DNA of 64,000 nt from Bacteriovoracia bacterium (GTDB taxonomy: Bacteria; Bdellovibrionota; UBA1018; JBFWNL01), in contig JBFWNL010000004.1 of NCBI GenBank assembly GCA_050251055.1, positions 64,001 to 128,000 on the forward strand. Direction: 5' to 3'. Both the position numbers and the translations under genes were made by a program. Positions 52,127-62,592 of this stretch are shown piece after piece (position 1 is the first letter of the stretch; the number at the start of each line of letters is the position of its first letter). The notes below the pieces were generated by a model. The model was not told the origin of the DNA, ran no database searches, and worked only from the letters and a program-made list of their open reading frames with translations.

Positions 52127-53620
52127 CTAGAACTCAGCCGCGAAAGTCGCCAGCGAGCGAACAAATGATCCCGACGCGCCTTTACGGGGAGCGTAGGGCA
52201 AGAACTCCAGGTCGTAGCAGGTGGACGCGATGTCCAGGTGCGCCCACCGGAAACCCTTCTTAATGAACTGCTTCAGGAAAATCCCGCCGCGGATCGTCCC
52301 GCCGTAGGAGTTGTTGCAGGAGTTCCGCATGTCCGCGACGTCCGACTTCATGTCGTCGAAATATTCGTCGTACATCGGAAGCTGCCACATGCGTTCGGCC
52401 TGAGAATCGCCGATCGCCTTGAGCTGCTCAATCAACGCGTCGTCATTACCCATCAAGCCGCAGCAGTAGCGACCCAGCGCCACGCCCACCGCGCCCGTGA
52501 GGGTGGCGGAGTTGACGATGACGTCCGGCTTGAAGGTGTGCGCGTAATCCAGCACGTCGGCCAGGATCAGGCGCCCTTCGGCGTCGGTGTTGATGATTTC
52601 GACCGTTTTGCCGGCGCGCGAGCGGATCACGTTGCCCGGCTGCACGGCGATACCGTTCGGCATGTTTTCCGTGAACGCCAGGATGCCGACCACGCGGTTC
52701 GGGACGTTCCAGAGCGAGGCGAGCACGACGGCGCCCATCATCGTGGCCGCGCCGGTCATGTCGTGCTTCATGTCTTCCATGCCCTTGGAGGGCTTGATCG
52801 AGATACCGCCGCTGTCGAAGGTGATGCCCTTGCCGACGAACGCGATCGTCTTGGCGTTCTTCGCGGCCTTGCCGCGCGGCCGATGCTCGATCACGACGAT
52901 CTTGCCTTCGCGATCGGATCCTTGGCCGACGGCCAGGAAAAGCCCCATACGCTCACGCTTGGCGTCGCGCTCGGAAAGAATCCGGCAGCGCAGCCCGAAC
53001 TTACGCGCGTACTTCACGGCTTCGCTTGCGTAATATTCCGGTGTACCGAAATTGGACGGTTCGTTGGACCAATCGCGCGTGATGAACACGGCTTCCGCCA
53101 CGGAGTAAGCGCGCGCCAGCTCCTTCGCGAACTTCGCCTTGGCTCCCGCCGTCGCGATGAAATGGATCTTCGGCATCGTCGAGGCGTCCGCCGATGCTTT
53201 TTGCGACTTATGCTTGTCAAAACGATAGGACGAGAGCAGCAACCCCTCGGCGAACGCCTTAAAGTAGGGTCCCTTGGTGAAGGCATCGGCGCGGACAAAG
53301 GCGCTCTTGCATTTTTCGGCGTTCAGGCGCGCCCACACCGCGGCGCCGGCCTGGCGAAACTTCTCCTCGGTCACCTCGCTCGCCTGGCCCAAGCCCGCGA
53401 ACAGCACGCTTTCGGCCGGCTTGCGCCCGCCCATGCGGATGAACAGGCTTTGGCGGACGCTCGCGGCGAAGGGCCCCGAACGGCGCAGACGGCTCACGGC
53501 CTCCTCGTAACTCCCTTTCGGGGCGACGGCTTTTTTGCCGGCATCCTGGAAAACGAGGACGACTTCGGCCTCACTGGCGCCGGCACTGGTGCGAATGTCT
53601 AAGCTGGGCAATCTTGCCAT
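52127..53620 (-). CDS. pepA: Leucyl aminopeptidase (M17)
   Basis: VGKGITFDSGG, MKHDM, NTDAEGRL and WAHLDIA motifs. Confidence 0.96.
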   Translation of the reverse strand: MARLPSLDIRTSAGASEAEVVLVFQDAGKKAVAPKGSYEEAVSRLRRSGPFAASVRQSLFIRMGGRKPAESVLFAGLGQASEVTEEKFRQAGAAVWARLNAEKCKSAFVRADAFTKGPYFKAFAEGLLLSSYRFDKHKSQKASADASTMPKIHFIATAGAKAKFAKELARAYSVAEAVFITRDWSNEPSNFGTPEYYASEAVKYARKFGLRCRILSERDAKRERMGLFLAVGQGSDREGKIVVIEHRPRGKAAKNAKTIAFVGKGITFDSGGISIKPSKGMEDMKHDMTGAATMMGAVVLASLWNVPNRVVGILAFTENMPNGIAVQPGNVIRSRAGKTVEIINTDAEGRLILADVLDYAHTFKPDVIVNSATLTGAVGVALGRYCCGLMGNDDALIEQLKAIGDSQAERMWQLPMYDEYFDDMKSDVADMRNSCNNSYGGTIRGGIFLKQFIKKGFRWAHLDIASTCYDLEFLPYAPRKGASGSFVRSLATFAAEF

Positions 53621-53678
53621 TGAAAATAACCTCTATAGTTGTATGAAATGAGCTGATTTTGTAGCATAGAGCCCTAAG

Positions 53679-55100
53679 ATGTTGAAGCGATATCACCAAA
53701 CCATCGGGGGCCTCTTCCGCGCCGTGGACGCCTGTGTCATCGGCGGGGCTTGGTTGCTCTCCTACTGGTTACGCGCTCATCTTCCTTACCTCCAGGTCTC
53801 GAAAAATCTACCGGTTTTCTCAACCTACCTTCCGCTCCTGCCCTTGATCGTCGTGCTGTGGACGACGGTGTTCTCCGCGGCGGGGGCTTACCAATCCCGC
53901 AAGGTGTTGCGACGAACGGACGAAGCGACCTTGATCCTCAAGGCCCACTTTATCGCGATGCTTTTCTTCATCGCGGTGGCGTATCTGTTCAACGAATACA
54001 AGTACTCCCGCGGCGTGCTCGTCTATTTCGGTTTTCTGGGTGGGTTTCTGCTCGTCTCGTGCCGGCTGCTCATGCGAAACATCCTGCGGGCGCTCAGCCG
54101 GCGCGGCTTCAATCTGCAAGACATCCTGGCGATCGGCGAAGGCAGCTCCCTTGAGAATCTCGTGCAGCGACTCGACCGCTTCCCCGAACTGGGCTACCGC
54201 GTGATCGGCGTCATCACCCACCATCAGTCGAAAGCCCAACAGGTTGCCGGCAAACCGGTGATCGGCCACTTCGGCCAGACCAACGGTCAAGCTGGAGCCG
54301 ACCTGGAAAAAACGCTCCGGCAGCACCGCTTCGATCAACTTCTGATCGCGCTTCCCAAGCACCAATACGCGGACTTGGACCAGGTTCTCCACGCCATCCA
54401 CCAGGAAACGATCGATATCCGCCTCGTCCCCGATATCCACGAGTACGTGACCTTGGGTTGCGCGGTCGAGGACTTCGACGGATTCCCGGTGGTGAACCTC
54501 AACCACTCGCCGCTCGAGGGTTGGGGCGCGATTCTAAAGCGGCTCACCGACATCATCCTCTCGTTTTTCGCCCTCGTGGTGCTGGCGCCCCTCTTGCTCG
54601 TGATTTCCCTGCTGGTGAAACTCACGTCGCGCGGTCCGGTTTTTTATTCCCAAGAGCGCATGGGCATGGATGGACGCCTGTTTAAAATGCACAAGTTCCG
54701 CTCCATGCGCTGGGAACCCGAAGGCCAGGGCTCGGGCTGGACGACGGCGAACGATCCGCGCCGAACCCGGTTCGGCAGCTTCCTGCGGGCGACCAGTCTT
54801 GACGAGCTTCCCCAGTTCTGGAACGTCCTGATGGGGGACATGTCGCTCGTCGGGCCACGCCCGGAGCAAGCGCCTTACGTGCAAAAGTTCCGCAGCGAGA
54901 TCCCCAACTACATGCTCCGCCACAAGGTCAAAGCCGGGATCACGGGCTGGGCGCAAGTGAACGGGTGGCGAGGAGACACCTCGCTCAATCGGCGTATCGA
55001 ATTCGATCTCTATTACATCCGGAACTGGTCGTACGTTTTGGACATAAAGATCCTCGTGCTGACCTTCTGGAAGGGTTTCATCAACCGCAACGCCTATTAA
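53679..55100 (+). CDS. Undecaprenyl-phosphate glucose phosphotransferase (WcaJ/GumD family)
   Basis: [27 protein letters not shown] and [10 protein letters not shown] motifs. Confidence 0.92.
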   Translation: MLKRYHQTIGGLFRAVDACVIGGAWLLSYWLRAHLPYLQVSKNLPVFSTYLPLLPLIVVLWTTVFSAAGAYQSRKVLRRTDEATLILKAHFIAMLFFIAVAYLFNEYKYSRGVLVYFGFLGGFLLVSCRLLMRNILRALSRRGFNLQDILAIGEGSSLENLVQRLDRFPELGYRVIGVITHHQSKAQQVAGKPVIGHFGQTNGQAGADLEKTLRQHRFDQLLIALPKHQYADLDQVLHAIHQETIDIRLVPDIHEYVTLGCAVEDFDGFPVVNLNHSPLEGWGAILKRLTDIILSFFALVVLAPLLLVISLLVKLTSRGPVFYSQERMGMDGRLFKMHKFRSMRWEPEGQGSGWTTANDPRRTRFGSFLRATSLDELPQFWNVLMGDMSLVGPRPEQAPYVQKFRSEIPNYMLRHKVKAGITGWAQVNGWRGDTSLNRRIEFDLYYIRNWSYVLDIKILVLTFWKGFINRNAY

Positions 55101-55222
55101 ATGCGGGTTTGAGACATTTTTTACGCCACGCGTGCCAATTCGGCCAAAACCCGCGCTAGCAGCGGCATTTTAATGACGGTTAAATTTTCATTTCCCCAGA
55201 ACAACTGATCTAGACAGGCTTT

Positions 55223-55332
55223 TGGGGATAACTTTCTATCCACAGGCCACCAAAGCCCCATATAAGGGAAAATAAGTAGTAAATTCATAGGGCTTAATGG
55301 GTGTGGATAACTCGTGACTTTTATGTGGATAA
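55223..55332. promoter_or_regulatory. Cluster of four DnaA boxes
   Basis: TGGGGATAA at 55223 and CTATCCACA at 55236 (one mismatch each); perfect TGTGGATAA at 55302 and 55324. Confidence 0.75.
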
Positions 55333-55348
55333 GTCTTGGAAGCGGCGC

Positions 55349-56617
55349 TTAAGGTGATTGCGCAGCGCCTTCTTGAGGCGCGTTATCGCTGTTTTTTGCG
55401 GGTTTTTGCGCGTCATTTGGTTTCGGAGCGTTCTGCGATTGGAGCGATGCGGCATTAGCTGCATCAGCCTCCTGAAGCTCCTCAGGCGTCGGGGATGCCG
55501 TTTTTGGCAAAACCTCCAACCCCGCAAACGGATCCGACATCGTCTTCACCCGCTCACGCGGGTAGATCGCCGTGAGGGCACCGTTGAAAGTCGACGTGTT
55601 CTTCAGGCTCTTGAGTGGGGTGTACGTATACGACTTGAAGCTAATGGCCAACGACTCGGGGTTAGACGCCTGGATCACCGCCTGATCCTGCGCGCGCAGC
55701 ACGAGGAGCTTTCCCTTCTCCAAGGTGAACCGCATACTCGGGCGGCCATCCACCTTATAACGGATCCAAACCGTCGTAATGGGACGAAGGACAACCTTAT
55801 AACGGATCTCCTCGGCTTTGAGCGAGTCGCCTTTATTGAGGTCATCCTTCGGCTGCGGCTGGCGCCTCGGATCGGCGGAAGCAAACTTTTCGGTGGGAGA
55901 CGGCGTGGGCGAGGCAACCGGCGAAACGGCCACGCTTGGCGTCGCCGTGGGTGAAGCCGCCACGCTCGGGGTCGCGGTCGGCGTAGCCGCGACGGATACG
56001 CTCGCCGTAGGCGACGCGCTAACCGTCGGCGAAGCCGTGGCTACAGGAGCGGTGGAAGCCGCCGCGCTCGGGGAAACCGATGGGGAAGCGCTGGGGCTAG
56101 CCACCGCCGTCGGGGCCGCGCTCGCCGTGGTTTCCGGGGCCCCGCTCGCGGACGCCGAGGGAGACGCTCCCGGCTTCTGGTACGCCGCCTTCAGCTGATC
56201 CATGTGGGAAACTTTCTTGTGCTTGAGGGCGGGCTTTAAAATAAAGATCGCGATCGCGCCGATCACGACGAAGCTGCCCATCATCACCCAGAGCAGCGTG
56301 CGCGAACGCTCGGTTTCGCGCTTCTCGAACGCATAGCCGCTGTGACCGGCGTCCTTGGCGGGACGCTCCAGCGTCTTCTCTTCCAGGAAAATGGAAAAGT
56401 CCTTGAAGATCTCGCGCGCGTCCAGGCCGATAAACCGGGCGTAGGAGATCACGAAGCCGCGCACAAAGGGCTTCGCGGGCAGATCGGTGTAATCGTCCGT
56501 CTCAAGCGAATGCAGCAAGCGCACGCTGATCTTGGTCGCGGAGGCGACCTGCTCGATCGTGACGCCGCGTTTTTCCCGCTCATTGCGCAGGAATTCGCCG
56601 AGACTGTATCCGCTCAA
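55349..56617 (-). CDS. rodZ: RodZ-like protein (HTH, TM, S/P/T/A linker, DUF4115-like domain)
   Basis: LGEFLRNER..TKI..LE....LP..PFVRGFVISYARFIGLD; downstream of the pilW-like gene. Confidence 0.85.
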   Translation of the reverse strand: MSGYSLGEFLRNEREKRGVTIEQVASATKISVRLLHSLETDDYTDLPAKPFVRGFVISYARFIGLDAREIFKDFSIFLEEKTLERPAKDAGHSGYAFEKRETERSRTLLWVMMGSFVVIGAIAIFILKPALKHKKVSHMDQLKAAYQKPGASPSASASGAPETTASAAPTAVASPSASPSVSPSAAASTAPVATASPTVSASPTASVSVAATPTATPSVAASPTATPSVAVSPVASPTPSPTEKFASADPRRQPQPKDDLNKGDSLKAEEIRYKVVLRPITTVWIRYKVDGRPSMRFTLEKGKLLVLRAQDQAVIQASNPESLAISFKSYTYTPLKSLKNTSTFNGALTAIYPRERVKTMSDPFAGLEVLPKTASPTPEELQEADAANAASLQSQNAPKPNDAQKPAKNSDNAPQEGAAQSP

Positions 56618-57369
56618 GGCAGGTACCTCAATTTCTGATTAGCCGTTTCGGCCACCTGGGTTTCCGGAAACAGATTGATGATCTCCAGCAGCTTCTTGCG
56701 CGCGAGATCGTACTGCTTGGTCTGCATGTAGACGTTCGCGATTTCGAGATGCGGCTGCTGGTTCCCCCCGCAGAAAACCTGCGTGGCTTTTTTGTAGTCC
56801 ATGATCGCGGCGTTGTAATTGCCGTTCATCGCCTTCAGCCGTCCGCGATAAAAGTAGGCATCGCAGGCACCCACCGGGTTGTCGACAATGGCGGCGTTCA
56901 GGAACTCGCCCGCCTTCGCGTAATTTTTTTGGTCGAAGTAAAGCTGGCCCAGCGTGCTCTTGGACTTGTAGGCCTCGGTGTAAGTGTAGTCTTTCGAAGC
57001 GGAAAGGAGGACGGCTTCTGCCTGCCGGTAGTGGCGGGTATCGTAGAGAACTTTTCCGTACGCGTTCTTGATGCCGGCGTCCTTGGGGTCGAGCTCGTAC
57101 GCGCGGCGCATGGACGCAAGCGAGTTACCCATGTCGTGCTTGGCGTAGTAGGCAAGACCCTTCACCAGGTGCAGACGGGGATAATCGGAGTCCAACCCTT
57201 CGGCGATCTGCAGGTCGGTGAAAGCGGAAGCGGTGTCGCCTCCTTGAATCGAAGAGAGCGCCATCTCGACGTGGATCTTGGCTTTCTCGTCCGAAGGAAG
57301 GTCCCGCGGCTTATTCGTCGCGCATCCCGCCACCAGCAAAATCAAAACGAAACATCCAAATTGTTTCAT
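56614..57369 (-). CDS. TPR lipoprotein, PilW/PilF/Tgl pilotin-like
   Basis: VAGC lipobox, TPR repeats, synteny with rodZ. Confidence 0.75.
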   Translation of the reverse strand: MKQFGCFVLILLVAGCATNKPRDLPSDEKAKIHVEMALSSIQGGDTASAFTDLQIAEGLDSDYPRLHLVKGLAYYAKHDMGNSLASMRRAYELDPKDAGIKNAYGKVLYDTRHYRQAEAVLLSASKDYTYTEAYKSKSTLGQLYFDQKNYAKAGEFLNAAIVDNPVGACDAYFYRGRLKAMNGNYNAAIMDYKKATQVFCGGNQQPHLEIANVYMQTKQYDLARKKLLEIINLFPETQVAETANQKLRYLP

Positions 57370-57418
57370 ATCGATACACCTCTCCAACTGCTTAGATTAG
57401 AAGCGTTTTAGCGCGGTG

Positions 57419-58582
57419 TCAAAGGCGAATGCGGGCGAGCGCCTCGACGTGATGGGTCTGTGGAAAAAGATCGAGCGCGGCCAGGGCTTCGATTTTCCAT
57501 CCCCGCTTCACGAACCGACTCAGATCGCGGGTCCAGGCGTCCACGTCACAGCCAATCAGGAGGGCTTCGTGCACGCCCAGGGCGGCGAGCACCCTCTCCA
57601 TATCGGAGAAATCGGCGCCCAAGCCGGCGCGCGGGGGGTCGAAGATCGCGGTGACATGCGGAGCGCCCGTCGTTTCGCCCACCCGGCCTTTTGCCTTTTG
57701 GCGCAACACCCAGGTCAACACGGAGCTGCGATGAAAACGAAAGTGCGCTGGCGTGCCGGGCGGTGGGGTCACCGGACTGCCCGTATCCACGCAGTCGATG
57801 CCGGTCGCGATATCGGCCAAGCCCAAGCTCAAGTTGCCGGCTCCGCCGTAAAGATCCCAGACTTCGCCGCCCGGGCGTACCTGCGCGCGCACCCAAGCTT
57901 GGAGTTTTAAATTTTGCTCGTCGTGAATTTGCCGAAAGCCGCCGAATGAATGGCTCGCGTTCCAGGTCGCGCGCAGATCGCCGTCGACCGCCACCTCGAG
58001 CTCGACTTTATAAGGACGAGAAACGCCCGCTTTCTCCCGCCCGATTTCCGGGATGCGCCCATTGATCTCCTCGCGCGCGATCTCACAACGATCCCCGGTT
58101 TCCTTGAGCGAAACGATGCCATGCGAACCGGCGGCGTAAAAACCCAGCGCCTGCCCGTCCCCACGCAGCTGGACGCGATTACGGTAGTTCCAAATTTTTT
58201 CCGCGGGAAGCGCTTCGATCGCCACCCCCCCGGCGTCCACGCCCGCGCGCGCAAGTGCGTGGCTCACGCCCTTCAATTTCGTCTCCCACTGAAGCGCATA
58301 AGGAAGATGCTGCCACTCGCAACCGCCGCAGCGGCCAAACACCGCGCACTTGGGCGCGATTCGGTGGGAGGAAGGCTCGACCACCTCGAGCAGCTCGCCT
58401 TCGGCGTAATTCTTCTTGATGGGCGTGACGGCCACTCGGACCAGGTCGCCGGGCGCGGTACGAGGAACGAAAATCACCCGTCCCTGCGAATCGCGGCCCA
58501 CCCCGGAGCCCGCGCGGGACAGATCGTCGATCCGGATATTCAAGATTTCGGCAGTTTCTGCCGATCGGCCATTTGTACTCAT
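57419..58582 (-). CDS. TRAM-domain RNA m5U methyltransferase (RlmD/TrmA family)
   Basis: CAVFGRCGGCEWQH, YRNR, DLYGGAG, DPPRAG and DLFPQTHHVE motifs. Confidence 0.9.
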   Translation of the reverse strand: MSTNGRSAETAEILNIRIDDLSRAGSGVGRDSQGRVIFVPRTAPGDLVRVAVTPIKKNYAEGELLEVVEPSSHRIAPKCAVFGRCGGCEWQHLPYALQWETKLKGVSHALARAGVDAGGVAIEALPAEKIWNYRNRVQLRGDGQALGFYAAGSHGIVSLKETGDRCEIAREEINGRIPEIGREKAGVSRPYKVELEVAVDGDLRATWNASHSFGGFRQIHDEQNLKLQAWVRAQVRPGGEVWDLYGGAGNLSLGLADIATGIDCVDTGSPVTPPPGTPAHFRFHRSSVLTWVLRQKAKGRVGETTGAPHVTAIFDPPRAGLGADFSDMERVLAALGVHEALLIGCDVDAWTRDLSRFVKRGWKIEALAALDLFPQTHHVEALARIRL

Positions 58583-58622
58583 TTTTTTACTCTACGGGTA
58601 CCTGGTCATATGGAGGACCGCT

Positions 58623-58757
58623 ATGCGAAGTGTCAAGGAACGAGTGATCGCCCCGATTTTACTCCCATTGCTTAAATCTGAAGGCAGCCTGAGCGTTTTA
58701 GTCATATTCCCGGTCGTCATTGCCTATTTTTTGGCGATGGCCGTGCATCCTTTCTAA
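58623..58757 (+). CDS. 44-aa small membrane protein
   Basis: GGAGG 6 nt before the ATG; MRSVKERVIAPILLPLLKSEGSLSVLVIFPVVIAYFLAMAVHPF; fills the intergenic gap. Confidence 0.6.
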   Translation: MRSVKERVIAPILLPLLKSEGSLSVLVIFPVVIAYFLAMAVHPF

Positions 58758-60646
58758 AGCACGAATTCCCGGCAAGCCGCTACCTCGGGACGTTGGCGGG
58801 CCTGATCGCAGAGCGAACCAAGCACCCGCACCCAGATTACGCGTCGTCTAAAAGCGTCGCCAATCTTTCTGGCCGCGGCGCTGATTTCGAATCCCTGCTC
58901 ACGAAGGCGGTCGGCGCCGACCGCAAATTTATCCCGAGCCTGGTTTGAGATCCGTTTTTTCAACGTCCCTTCCGCCTGCTCAAACGCGGCGAAAAGCTGT
59001 TTGGCCAATTCGTCCTTCGTGATTTTACCGGGGTAACCGGATTCGATCATCTTTCGCGCCAAAGTTTCGGCTAACTCCCTTGTTTGCGCTTCATTCGCCG
59101 CCATATAGCTCGGGTTATTGCGACCCGGTACGGGATCCACGTACGCCGGCAGCAACCGACCCCAACGAGGTTTCGCGGCCGAACCCGGTTTGGACGCAGG
59201 ACCCAGGTCCCACCACTGCGCTAGCTCGTCCTGAATCAACTCCGCAACCGCCTTTCGGAAGGCCGTGGTCGCGGTGGGGTCCGACTCCATCTTCCCGTAC
59301 GAGAAGGGGATGTCGAGTGCCGCGACCTCCGCGCGGATCTCCCGTTCGCGCGCGCGGTAGGTTTCCACCGATTTCAATCCATCATGATAACTTTTCATGG
59401 CGCCGCGTACCTCGGCCACGAACTCCGGCCAATCCTGGGCGGAAAACTCCACGGTTCCGTGCAAACCCTGGCTTCCCTTCGTCAGCAAAGCACGCGTCCG
59501 CTCGAACGATTCCGGCAAGTGGTCGGCGCAACCTAAGGTTTCGGGAAAAGCGGCGAAGTAACGCTCATACTCTCCGAGTCGCGCGCTCAACGTCGGCAGC
59601 GCGCCCATGGCTTCGTTCCAAGTTCGATGGTTCACGAACACCCGATAGGCCGCCTCCATCATCTCATGGAGAAACGTCCCGAAATCCGATTGGCTGCCTA
59701 GCAAATCAGGGTGAGCCGAGGACTGTGGCATGTTGTAACCCAGACTCGAGCGGGCGAGCGTTTGAACCCACACCTCCTCCAAGCTCGGCGCCGCGGAAGT
59801 AAAGTCAAAACCCAACGGGTTCTTGTCCAAGAGCTCGCTGATGTTTAACGAGGGATCAGTGCCACGCCAATAAGTCGTGGGCTGGGAGGTCACGGGGTCC
59901 GTGAAGCTCGAGACCTGGATCTGGGCGATGTTCTCGACGTCGGCCGTGGCGGAGGTCATCACGCAACCCAGACGGGACCAAACCGGAATCGATCCGCCGC
60001 TGTAGCAGCTATCATCGATGAACGCCAACCGCACTCCTTGTGTTTGCAGCGCCTCTAACTTGGAAATCAGAGCGCCATCGGCCACGGAGTACATTTCGAA
60101 CGTGGTTTCGTCTCCGTCTTCCGGATCCACGCAGATGGAGTGTCCCGGTTTCCCGTTGCCGATGCGGTCACGATTGAGCCCGTGAGTTCCAATATGGATC
60201 AGGAGTTGGGAACCGGCCGGTAGTTCTCGAGCGGCATCCAACGCCAGCAGCAGCTGCTTCGCGGAAGCCGGCGGAACGGAAGCGGGTGGAACCCCGGCGG
60301 CCTCGGCGAGGGGAGCCAGATTCCAATCTTTGGGATCAACCCCATCGGGACAGCACTGCGTGTCCGACGGATTTTTCTGGCAGACCGGATCGGTTGCGAG
60401 TTTCTCGCAGCGGGCGGACTTCCCGGCAAACACGGGTCGAACATCCCAACCGCGTTGCCGCAGATGCCCCGCCAACCGGGTCATCGTCGGGAGAAAACTA
60501 TTGGAGGGGTGACCAATCGCAAGTTCGCAATTCCCGCCGAATAAAATCGCGCGCCGAAAGGGCGAGCCTACTTCGGGGGCCGCCACCGCTAGGCCCCCCG
60601 CGTTCAGAAACAGGCCGAAAATCAAAGCTCTCGCGAAATACTTCAT
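58754..60646 (-). CDS. Secreted caspase/legumain-like (clan CD) cysteine peptidase
   Basis: LLIHIGTHG and LAFIDDSCYSGG His-Cys dyad motifs; signal peptide. Start re-called to MKYF. Confidence 0.72.
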   Translation of the reverse strand: MKYFARALIFGLFLNAGGLAVAAPEVGSPFRRAILFGGNCELAIGHPSNSFLPTMTRLAGHLRQRGWDVRPVFAGKSARCEKLATDPVCQKNPSDTQCCPDGVDPKDWNLAPLAEAAGVPPASVPPASAKQLLLALDAARELPAGSQLLIHIGTHGLNRDRIGNGKPGHSICVDPEDGDETTFEMYSVADGALISKLEALQTQGVRLAFIDDSCYSGGSIPVWSRLGCVMTSATADVENIAQIQVSSFTDPVTSQPTTYWRGTDPSLNISELLDKNPLGFDFTSAAPSLEEVWVQTLARSSLGYNMPQSSAHPDLLGSQSDFGTFLHEMMEAAYRVFVNHRTWNEAMGALPTLSARLGEYERYFAAFPETLGCADHLPESFERTRALLTKGSQGLHGTVEFSAQDWPEFVAEVRGAMKSYHDGLKSVETYRAREREIRAEVAALDIPFSYGKMESDPTATTAFRKAVAELIQDELAQWWDLGPASKPGSAAKPRWGRLLPAYVDPVPGRNNPSYMAANEAQTRELAETLARKMIESGYPGKITKDELAKQLFAAFEQAEGTLKKRISNQARDKFAVGADRLREQGFEISAAARKIGDAFRRRVIWVRVLGSLCDQARQRPEVAACREFVL

Positions 60647-60777
60647 TGGGGACCCTCGCATCGGCGTATCATTATAATAACCATTTAAGTCAGTCAACTA
60701 TAAATTAATTTAATTGAGTGAGGCATAAAATCAAAGAGTTGTACCCGGGCCCGCCTGAGTATAGAGGTAGGTCTACC

Positions 60778-62574
60778 GTGCCCAAGAATATCCGCAATTT
60801 CTGCATCATCGCCCACATCGATCACGGAAAATCCACGCTCGCCGACCGTTTGCTGGAGCGCACCGGGACCGTGACCGCGCGCGAGATGGAATCGCAGTAT
60901 CTCGACAACATGGATATCGAGCGCGAGCGCGGCATCACCATCAAGGCGCAAAGCGTGCGCCTGAAGTACCGCGCGAAAGACGGGCAAACCTACATCCTGA
61001 ATCTGATCGACACGCCCGGGCACGTCGACTTCACGTACGAAGTCTCGCGCTCGCTCGCCGCCTGCGAAGGCGCGATCCTGGTCGTCGACGCTTCCCAAGG
61101 CGTGGAAGCGCAGACGCTGGCCAACGTCTTCATGGCGCTTGAGAGCAATCTCGAGATCGTGCCCGTGATCAACAAGATCGACTTGCCTTCCGCGGATCCT
61201 GACAAAGCGATCAAGGAAATCGACGACGTGATCGGGCTCGTCGACACCACGCGCTCGGTGCTCGCCAGCGCGAAGTCCGGCATCGGTATCGAAGAGGTCC
61301 TGGAAGCGGTCGTGAAGTACGTGCCGCCCCCGGTGGATCAAGACGACGCATCCTTGCGCGCGCTCATCTTCGACAGCTGGTTCGATCCGTACCAGGGAGT
61401 GATGGCGCTTTGCCGCGTGGTGGACGGCGAACTAAAACCCGGCAAGAAGATCAAGCTCTTCCATATCGGCGCGCAGTTCGAAATACAGAAGGTCGCCGTA
61501 TTCTCGCCGAAGATCACCTACGTCGATTCACTTAAAAGCGGGGAAGTGGGCGCGGTCATCTGCGGCATCAAGGACGTGCGCCAGATGCGCGTGGGCGACA
61601 CGATCGTCGACGCCACCGACCCGAACGCCAAACCGCTTTCCGGCTTCAAGGAAGCCAAGCCCATGGTGTTTTGCGGCGTCTACCCGATCAACCAAGAAGA
61701 CTTCAACAACGTCAAGGAGTCGCTGGAAAAACTGCAGCTCAACGATTCCGCGCTGACGTTCGAGCCGGAAACCTCGAACGCCCTAGGCTTCGGCTTCCGC
61801 TGCGGATTCCTGGGCCTCCTGCACATGGACGTCGTGCAAGAGCGCCTGGAGCGCGAGTACGGTTTGCACCTGATCACCACCGCGCCGTCCGTGATTTACC
61901 GGGTCACCAAGACGAACGGCGAAGTGATCATGATCGACAACCCCGCCAAGATGCCCGATCCCGGCCTGATCCAGTCGATGGAAGAGCCTTACATCAAGCT
62001 GACTGTGCACCTGCCGAACGAATACATGGGTGCCGTGATGGCGCTATTGAACGACCGGCGCGGCGTGCAGCAGAAAATCGATTACGTGACGAGCGAGCGC
62101 GTGACCGTGATCTACGACATGCCTTTGAACGAAATGGTTTTTGATTTCTTCGACCGCCTCAAGAGCATCACGCGTGGGTACGCATCCATGGATTACGAGT
62201 TCACCGAGCACCGCGCGGCCGACCTCGTGAAGCTCGACATCCTGCTGAATGGCGAGCAGGTCGACGCGCTTTCCATCATCATCCACCGAGAAAAAGCCGC
62301 GTTCCGCGGACGCGAGCTCGTGAAAAAACTGAAAGAGCTCATCGACCGCCAAATGTTCGAAGTGGCGATCCAGGCCGCCATTGGCGCCAAAGTGGTCGCC
62401 CGCGAGACCCTTTCGGCCATGCGCAAGAACGTCACAGCGAAGTGCTACGGCGGCGACATCACCCGTAAGCGCAAGCTGCTCGAGAAGCAAAAAGAAGGCA
62501 AAAAGCGCATGAAGCAGATCGGCTCCGTAGAAGTCCCGCAGGAAGCCTTTCTGGCCGTGCTCAAAGTGGATTAG
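60778..62574 (+). CDS. lepA: Elongation factor 4
   Basis: [27 protein letters not shown] and [14 protein letters not shown] motifs; GTG start. Confidence 0.98.
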   Translation: MPKNIRNFCIIAHIDHGKSTLADRLLERTGTVTAREMESQYLDNMDIERERGITIKAQSVRLKYRAKDGQTYILNLIDTPGHVDFTYEVSRSLAACEGAILVVDASQGVEAQTLANVFMALESNLEIVPVINKIDLPSADPDKAIKEIDDVIGLVDTTRSVLASAKSGIGIEEVLEAVVKYVPPPVDQDDASLRALIFDSWFDPYQGVMALCRVVDGELKPGKKIKLFHIGAQFEIQKVAVFSPKITYVDSLKSGEVGAVICGIKDVRQMRVGDTIVDATDPNAKPLSGFKEAKPMVFCGVYPINQEDFNNVKESLEKLQLNDSALTFEPETSNALGFGFRCGFLGLLHMDVVQERLEREYGLHLITTAPSVIYRVTKTNGEVIMIDNPAKMPDPGLIQSMEEPYIKLTVHLPNEYMGAVMALLNDRRGVQQKIDYVTSERVTVIYDMPLNEMVFDFFDRLKSITRGYASMDYEFTEHRAADLVKLDILLNGEQVDALSIIIHREKAAFRGRELVKKLKELIDRQMFEVAIQAAIGAKVVARETLSAMRKNVTAKCYGGDITRKRKLLEKQKEGKKRMKQIGSVEVPQEAFLAVLKVD

Positions 62575-62592
62575 CGCGGTGGAAGTACGCGA

